Shown here piece by piece: positions 57,960-64,000 of a DNA stretch of 64,000 nucleotides. How positions within the stretch are numbered: position 1 is the first letter of the stretch; each line of letters begins with the position of its first letter. The stretch comes from a virus (taxonomy: Duplodnaviria > Heunggongvirae > Uroviricota > Caudoviricetes): positions 33,932-97,931 of IMG/VR virus record IMGVR_UViG_3300031992_000025, one strand, 5' to 3'. Below the pieces are notes generated by a model. The model saw nothing but the letters and a program-made list of their open reading frames with translations, was not told where the DNA came from and searched no databases. The translations under genes and the position numbers were made by a program.

Positions 57960-60359
57960 ATGGCAAGTTATCCATTAGTAACATATACAAACTTAAAGCA
58001 TAAAGTTATTACTGGGCTAAGTAATGGTAGTCTTGTTATTGGTGATGAAAGTATTACACCTGTTTTTTCTAAAACAACAGAAAATATTTTACCTTTCAAA
58101 GTTTCATTTGTTAGCCCATATAATCAAATAACTGGAACATTTACTGCAAACAGAGCTTTAAATGCTTTTGAGGTTAGAATTTCTCCAGCTGAAGAAACAA
58201 GTTACGGTCCTGGTGAAGGTATCTGTGCTTTTTCAATAGTTGGTATAGCTGGAAATACTTCAAATAATTTTATTATTCCTATTAATTCGGCCACTTGTTT
58301 ATGTAGCCCATCAAATACTTATAGAATTTGTTTATTAGCTCAAAGTGAATTAGACTATTCTTGGGACTGCACTCAATTATATATGGTAATTGATACAAAT
58401 ACTTCATTTACTAATACTTATACTGAGGTGGAATTTCTTAAGTCTACTGGCACACAATATATAGATACAGGTCTTGGTGTTTCATCCTCTATTAAAGTAG
58501 AAATTACTTTATTACCAACAGTTCAAGGAGTTGATGAGCGCTTTTTTGGTGCTTATGATAATGGTATTTTCTTAGGTCAATTGGCTAGCAAATGGCGTTA
58601 TGGTAGCACTTGTGAAAAAAATGACATTGCAATTGATTATGCAACTAAAACTACTGTAACAGCGAATGGCGCAGCTTGAACATTTAATGGAGTAGAAAAA
58701 ACTGCTAGTACTATTGGAAATCGTGGTAATAGAATGCTTATTTTTGGAGCATCTTATAGAAGTGATGCTCTGTATGGAGCGGGTCGTTGTCAAATTTATA
58801 CTTGCAAGATTTGGGATGGGGCTAATTTAGTTAGAAATTTTGTTCCTTGTATTAGAAATTCTGATAATAAACCAGGAATGTATGATAGAGTAAATAATGT
58901 ATTTTACACAAATCAAGGTTCGGGTGAATTTTTATATGGCCCATTAAAGTCAGTCCCACAAAAATATCAACAAGTAAACTATATTGAGTCTAGTGGTAAA
59001 CAATATATTGATACTAATTTTGTGCCATTAATTTCTAATACTTGAAAAATTGAAGCTGATGTATCATTTCATACTTCTGATGTAAGGCAAGCAATTTTTG
59101 GAAGCTATGGCAGAAATAATTCAACTAATAATTATCTATGCTGTGAAATAACTGCAGGAAATAAATTTAGATTAGTTAGCTATAATGAAGATAGAAATTC
59201 ATCGGCTACTATGGCAGTAAATAAACTATATAAATTAATAGTATATAATGATGCCAATAAAGCATATTTGAGAATTATGGGTGAAAATACTGATGAAACA
59301 ACTGATTATGTCACATTAATAGATAATAATAACTCAGAGCTACTATTTAAAGATTATAGAGATAATATTTTTACGCTTGAATCAATTAGGCTTTATTCAT
59401 TTAAAATAAGTAATAATACCGGTCCAGTGCGTCACTTAGTTCCATGTTATAGAAAAGCCGATAATATAGCTGGAATGTTTGATTTAGTAGGTAATCAATT
59501 TTATCGTGACCCAGAATCAACAATTAACTTAGGTGATATTTCGGCTACTTATACAAACTTTAATTATAATACAAGTTATAATTTAGATAGCTGGGGCGGA
59601 AATGTTGGCACTGCTAAATTTTTTGGTTCAGGTGGGTATGAGAATGCTCCATATTATGCTTATTATAAAACGACTAATGGCACTTCTGGTGGTTCGTATA
59701 AAGATACGGCAGATAATATGACTATTGAAGCTGGTAAGAAATATACAATGTCAATTTATGTAAAAGCAAGTAGAGAAGTAGCCAGTAATAGTGAGTATCT
59801 TTTTACATTAAATAGACACAGTGATAATTATTACATTACATATAATTCTCAGGTTAACCTTACAACAGATTGACAAAGACTTACTAAAACATTTACTGCT
59901 TCTGCTGCCCAAGCTGGTAATTATTGTGTGAGAAATATTATTTATACAACTGTACCAGCCGATACAACAGTTTATTTTTCAGGATTTCAATTAGAGCTAA
60001 ATGATCATGCTACCCCATTTGCTTTAGGAACAAGAGATTTTAGTAAAGGTAGTAACGAAAATAATTGCAACTATCTAAAATATACTCCAACTGATTATGA
60101 TAGTTATGAAGTTCATTGTGGCGGGTCAGCACAATTTAGTGAATTGTGATTAATTAGTTGCCCGAGTAGTGCTAGAATACAGACAATAAAATTAATAAGG
60201 AGTATGACAGGCTTAGCCTTAAAAGAGGCCAAAGATTTAGTAGAAATTTGTCCATGTTGTATATATGATTCTACAAATAATCAAGAGTTCTTATTAGATA
60301 AATATGATGAATATGCAAGTCAATTTGAAGCTTGCGGAGCAGCTATTGAGCTAAGATAA
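57960..60359 (+). CDS. structural protein (799 aa, TGA-recoded) with C-terminal ribosomal protein bL12 (L7/L12) C-terminal-domain-like module
   Basis: frame continuous through 4 TGA; last 60 aa [60 protein letters not shown] aligns with bL12 CTD [23 protein letters not shown]...LEEAGAEVE. Confidence 0.5.
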
Positions 60360-60376
60360 TATATAAGAATTAATAT

Positions 60377-60411
60377 GAAAGTTCTGATAATTAAAGTCAG
60401 AACTTTTATTT
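60377..60411 (+). terminator. rho-independent terminator
   Basis: GAAAGTTCTGATAATTAAAGTCAGAACTTTTATTT. Confidence 0.65.
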
Positions 60412-60414
60412 ATA

Positions 60415-60429
60415 TTTGCTAAATTATAT
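60415..60429 (+). promoter_or_regulatory. TTTGCTAAATTATAT motif
   Basis: follows terminator, 28 nt before ATG 60457. Confidence 0.4.
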
Positions 60430-60456
60430 GAGTTTCAAGCTAAAAGGAGTAAAAGT

Positions 60457-61179
60457 ATGGCAGATTTCCAAAGTAAATTCTCTGGTATTGAAGTAGATAC
60501 AACTATACGTAGATTATTAAACTGGGCCAATGCTGGCTTCCCAAGTGCTTTTAATAACCTATCTAGCGGTGATTGGTCAACATATGATAATATTACTGTT
60601 GATAGTATTGATTATGCTGTTATATGGCGAATTGCTCCAACAAGCTCAAATCAAGTTTATGGCCTAGGCATAGATAAAAATACTGGTCGTTTGTATCAAA
60701 TTTATAATAATAAAGGCACATATAGTGTTTCAAATGTTGGTATTGATACAAGAAATACAGCTGGTTCAACTAACTTAAACTCAAAATTATACTTAGTTGG
60801 TGCTCAACAACAGGCCACTGATGCTCAAACTTATTCTCAAGCCCTTGTTTATACAGAAGGTGGAAAGTTATATTCAAATAGCTCTGAAGTTGTTAACAAT
60901 GCTGATAATCAAGACATTGATGGAAAAAAATGATTCGAAAAAAATACCGGAACATCAGAATATTTAAGAATTAATGATGACGGTGACCCAGATGAAGATG
61001 CTGATCGTCCAGAAAATATGATGGGTGAAAATATGCAAAGTGATCCAGACTTATTTATTTATTCAACTGGCTTTAATATTAAAGATGGCGGTACAGAGGC
61101 TAGTATACAGCTAAGCTTTCCAGATAGAAGCGGTAAAATGGGTCTTGAAGTTGAAATTGTTGACTTAACGGAGCTATAG
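60457..61179 (+). CDS. hypothetical virion protein (TGA-recoded)
   Basis: RBS AAAAGGAGTAAAAGT-ATG; continues through TGA at 60931. Confidence 0.45.
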
Positions 61180-61180
61180 T

Positions 61181-62311
61181 ATGAGATATAAAGTAGTTGT
61201 TAATGGCGTATCCCATACTATCTGGGACATTCATCAACAATATGAAGTCTATTGTGGCTCAGTTGATTCAAGCACAAAAGATAGAGTAATATTAACATTT
61301 AATGAAGATACTCAATCATTTATTGCTAAAATTGAAAATCCAAGCCCAAAAACATTAGATTTATTCAATAGAGGCAAACTTGGATTCGGTATCTCTAGAT
61401 GTAATTTTGGTAAAAAAGACCATTGGCATCGTGGTGGAGATAATATGAGCTCAGTTAATGCAACTATGAATGGAACATGAAGCGCTTCATATAATGACCC
61501 AATTAAAAATGCAAAGAAAGCTAAATATCATCCAAGATGAAGTCGTGTTGTTAATAATTTAACTAAAGTGACAGATTTAGAATATATTGAAATTCCAGCT
61601 AGCAGAATTCCAGGCCCTGGGCATCATGAATATACGCGTAAAACTATTGTATGAAACTATTATAGAGGATTATTAGTTTCAATTGTTGGAAACCCTGATA
61701 GTATTAATACTATGGAAAGGACCCGTAGCTTAAATTATAAAACTAATTGTAAATCTATTAAATTAAATTATAGTAAGTCTACTGGACGATATTCAATTCC
61801 AACACCAGGCGAAAGTATTCTTGATGTTAATGCTACATTAATCGGAAATAATACCTATCAAATATTTATTAATAATATTACAGGCAGTTTCTTAAATATG
61901 TATCAAAATAATTATTTAATGATTGGTGTTAAATATTATGGGCCTCTCTGAAGTTCTAGCGGTCATGGGAGTAGCTGACATCGTGGTTCAAACTCTTCAA
62001 ATCAGCACAGAATAAGTATGGGGATGGAAAAAGATAATTTAAGTAAAAGGCACTATGGTCATCGAGTTCAATCTCAAACAGTACAAAACTTAATGTTTAA
62101 TTTCTCGCCCGATTTAAATTTAGCACCATACCAGCATCTTACTAGATTAAGTGGCCAAGATGGTCATAGAACATATGATGTAAAAATTGATGGCACTTGT
62201 GAAATTTATTTATATTATCACTGCACAGGGCATAAAATTTGCTCTTTAGTTACAGGAATTCCATATAATACTTGGTATGAAGATCAATATTGAGATTATA
62301 ATGATGAGTAA
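61181..62311 (+). CDS. hypothetical virion protein (TGA-recoded, about 7 TGA)
   Basis: single frame continuous 61181-62311 across TGA codons. Confidence 0.45.
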
Positions 62312-62317
62312 TTAATT

Positions 62318-62400
62318 TACCGCGGATACCGGTGGTAGACGCGTGATTCACATTTTCGGTTAGGCCACGTTGGTTCGCGGCCGTATTGGTGGGGCAGGGG
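62318..62400 (+). ncRNA. GC-rich (about 60%) structured island in AT-rich context
   Basis: CCGCGGATACCGGTGG...CGGTTAGGCCACGTTGGTTCGCGGCCG...GGGGCAGGGG. Confidence 0.3.
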
Positions 62401-62525
62401 TACTTCTTTAAATAAAATTAAGAAGGAAAATGTGAACTTGCAGATATACATCGGATTCATATAGATTATAGGTTGTCTATAAACCTTAAAATAGACAAAA
62501 AAAGAAAATTTACGGAGGTCAATTA

Positions 62526-64000
62526 ATGGCTAATTTACAAAAGATTATCAAAGTAACTCAGGCACAGTATAATACATTGGCCTCTGGAGGTACTGTTGGT
62601 GATTATACAGGATTAGATGAAAATTATCTTTACCTTGTTAAAGATGAAGGTATTGAATCTTTAATTACCAGAGTTACTTACTCACAATTGAAAAGTCTTC
62701 GTGATAATAAGCAATTATTACCAGGAATGAGATATCAAATAACAAATTATAAAACGACAACAAAAGCATATAATACATCAGCCGCTGGCCATGATTTTGA
62801 TGTTATTGTTTTAGCCTTGTCAGAAGACACTCTTGCAGAAGATGCAAAAGCTATTTGGCATAATGGCGACAGTTATTTTATGCGTCAATATTTAAATAGA
62901 GCGCAGTGAATGACACCATTACCAGATTTAGCTACTATTGATACTAAATTTAAATATTTTATTCAATCCGGCAATGATCCACGAGAAAACTATGACCGTG
63001 GAAATAATTTTACTCAATTAACAACTGTAGTAAATCAAGATGATGTTGAAGTACCTGCAGTGTTAGATACAGCACCAGATGGTGATGATTTTTATGATTG
63101 CTATTATGTTTATGACGGTACATATCAATTAATTAGGGGCCAAAATGAGTTAGTTTCTGTTCAGTATGTAATGAATATTTGGAATAATGATATAGAGTAT
63201 ACTAATGTTGGTAATAGTAGATATAAAAGTAGTGATATTTTTACTGTTATTGATACCGAGACTAGAAATAAGCCAGTTTCAGCATCTTGGTATGATGGCG
63301 CAGATCCAGTTGGTAATAAAGAATGCATTTTATATTCTGTTTATGAAGAAAATGGTGAAACACGCTATTCAACAGATGACCATGGTAACGTTGCTCAAAT
63401 TCGTAAAATGACAACTGCAATTCACCCTCGTTGAAATATAAGCGTACCTGCTTTTTATGGCAATAAGCATATTTGGTCAAATGAGCAAGACCCAGAATAT
63501 GATGATCCAGATGAAGAAACAGTCGATTATGAGCATATATATGTATTTGATGGCCAAAATATTATTGATGGTGATGTTTATGATCGTTGAATTAAATTTA
63601 GTAATAGTCCAGACCCAGAAGAATTATATTTAGAGGATATGAATTTCTGTACATACTATTTAACATGAAATTTTGTTGATGCAGAGTTAGAGGAAATCAA
63701 TATTCCACTTTTATATAAATCTGATGGATTATATAAAGGCTTTACTTTAGAAACTGGTGTAGACTACGATGATGTCTTTAAGTATTGAGATAATTATGAA
63801 TTAGATGGCGTTGAATATAGCAGATGACTTAAATACTCAGGTAATTCTGGCAGTAGCGGGCAAACGAATGATATTTATTATTCATTTATTTTAACACAAA
63901 AAATTGTGGAAGATAATGAATTTACTATTACACAAGATCAATTAACAAATGCAGCTGGCGCTGCTGTAACAGTTTATGATAAATGGGTTGAATATTATCC
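62526..64000 (+). CDS. virion protein, partial (continues beyond window), TGA-recoded
   Basis: RBS TTACGGAGGTCAATTA-ATG; frame continuous through >=7 TGA to window end. Confidence 0.45.

Overview
AT-rich (about 30% GC) 64-kb window of a large virulent phage-like genome, with essentially every gene on the + strand.

Striking features:
(1) In-frame TGA codons in many genes, with reading frames continuous for kilobases and interrupted only by TGA. This argues that TGA is read as a sense codon (most likely Trp) in the PhoH-like gene, homing endonucleases and the whole structural module. The early enzyme genes happen to lack TGA.
(2) Two large tRNA islands (about 10.1-16.5 kb and 25.0-28.4 kb) with around 40 canonical tRNA genes plus several atypical tRNA-like elements.
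(3) A 12-copy bipartite RNA/DNA motif (5' AGAG-NNNNN-T-RC-TTATTTCT ... variable insert ... GY-N'N'N'N'N'-CAAA 3'). Its two arms form a 7-bp helix with a conserved single-T bulge and show perfect covariation between copies. The inserts sometimes carry tRNA 3' halves, anticodon-less tRNA-like units, or 3'-half/5'-half permuted tRNA pieces with complementary acceptor strands.
(4) An RNA end-healing/sealing toolkit: a fused kinase / calcineurin-like phosphatase / RNA-ligase protein (761 aa) resembling bacterial Pnkp (polynucleotide kinase-phosphatase; Clostridium thermocellum-type), a Thg1-like 3'-5' nucleotidyltransferase, and four metallophosphoesterases.
(5) A roughly 3-kb ORF-free, GC-richer block (21.1-24.2 kb), a candidate giant structured ncRNA, plus several smaller ncRNA candidates.
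(6) A SipW-like (ER-type) signal peptidase flanked by two secreted proteins with TasA-class signal peptides.
(7) Three homing endonucleases (HNH, NUMOD/PD-(D/E)XK-like, GIY-YIG), a flotillin-like protein, an HslV-like peptidase and a PhoH-like ATPase.
(8) A late structural module (38.9 kb to the window end) with giant TGA-recoded ORFs (1239, 2458, 1057 and 799 aa) carrying BspA-type leucine-rich repeats, Listeria-Bacteroides repeats and a C-terminal ribosomal bL12-CTD-like domain.

Regulatory signals: promoters of the form TTTACA-N17-TGTATAATATAAT occur throughout 0-37 kb. A second conserved upstream motif (TTGCTAAATTATAT) precedes many genes, including late ones. Rho-independent terminators are frequent.

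All coordinates come from manual reading; tRNA anticodon calls were made by hand folding and are +/- a few nt.
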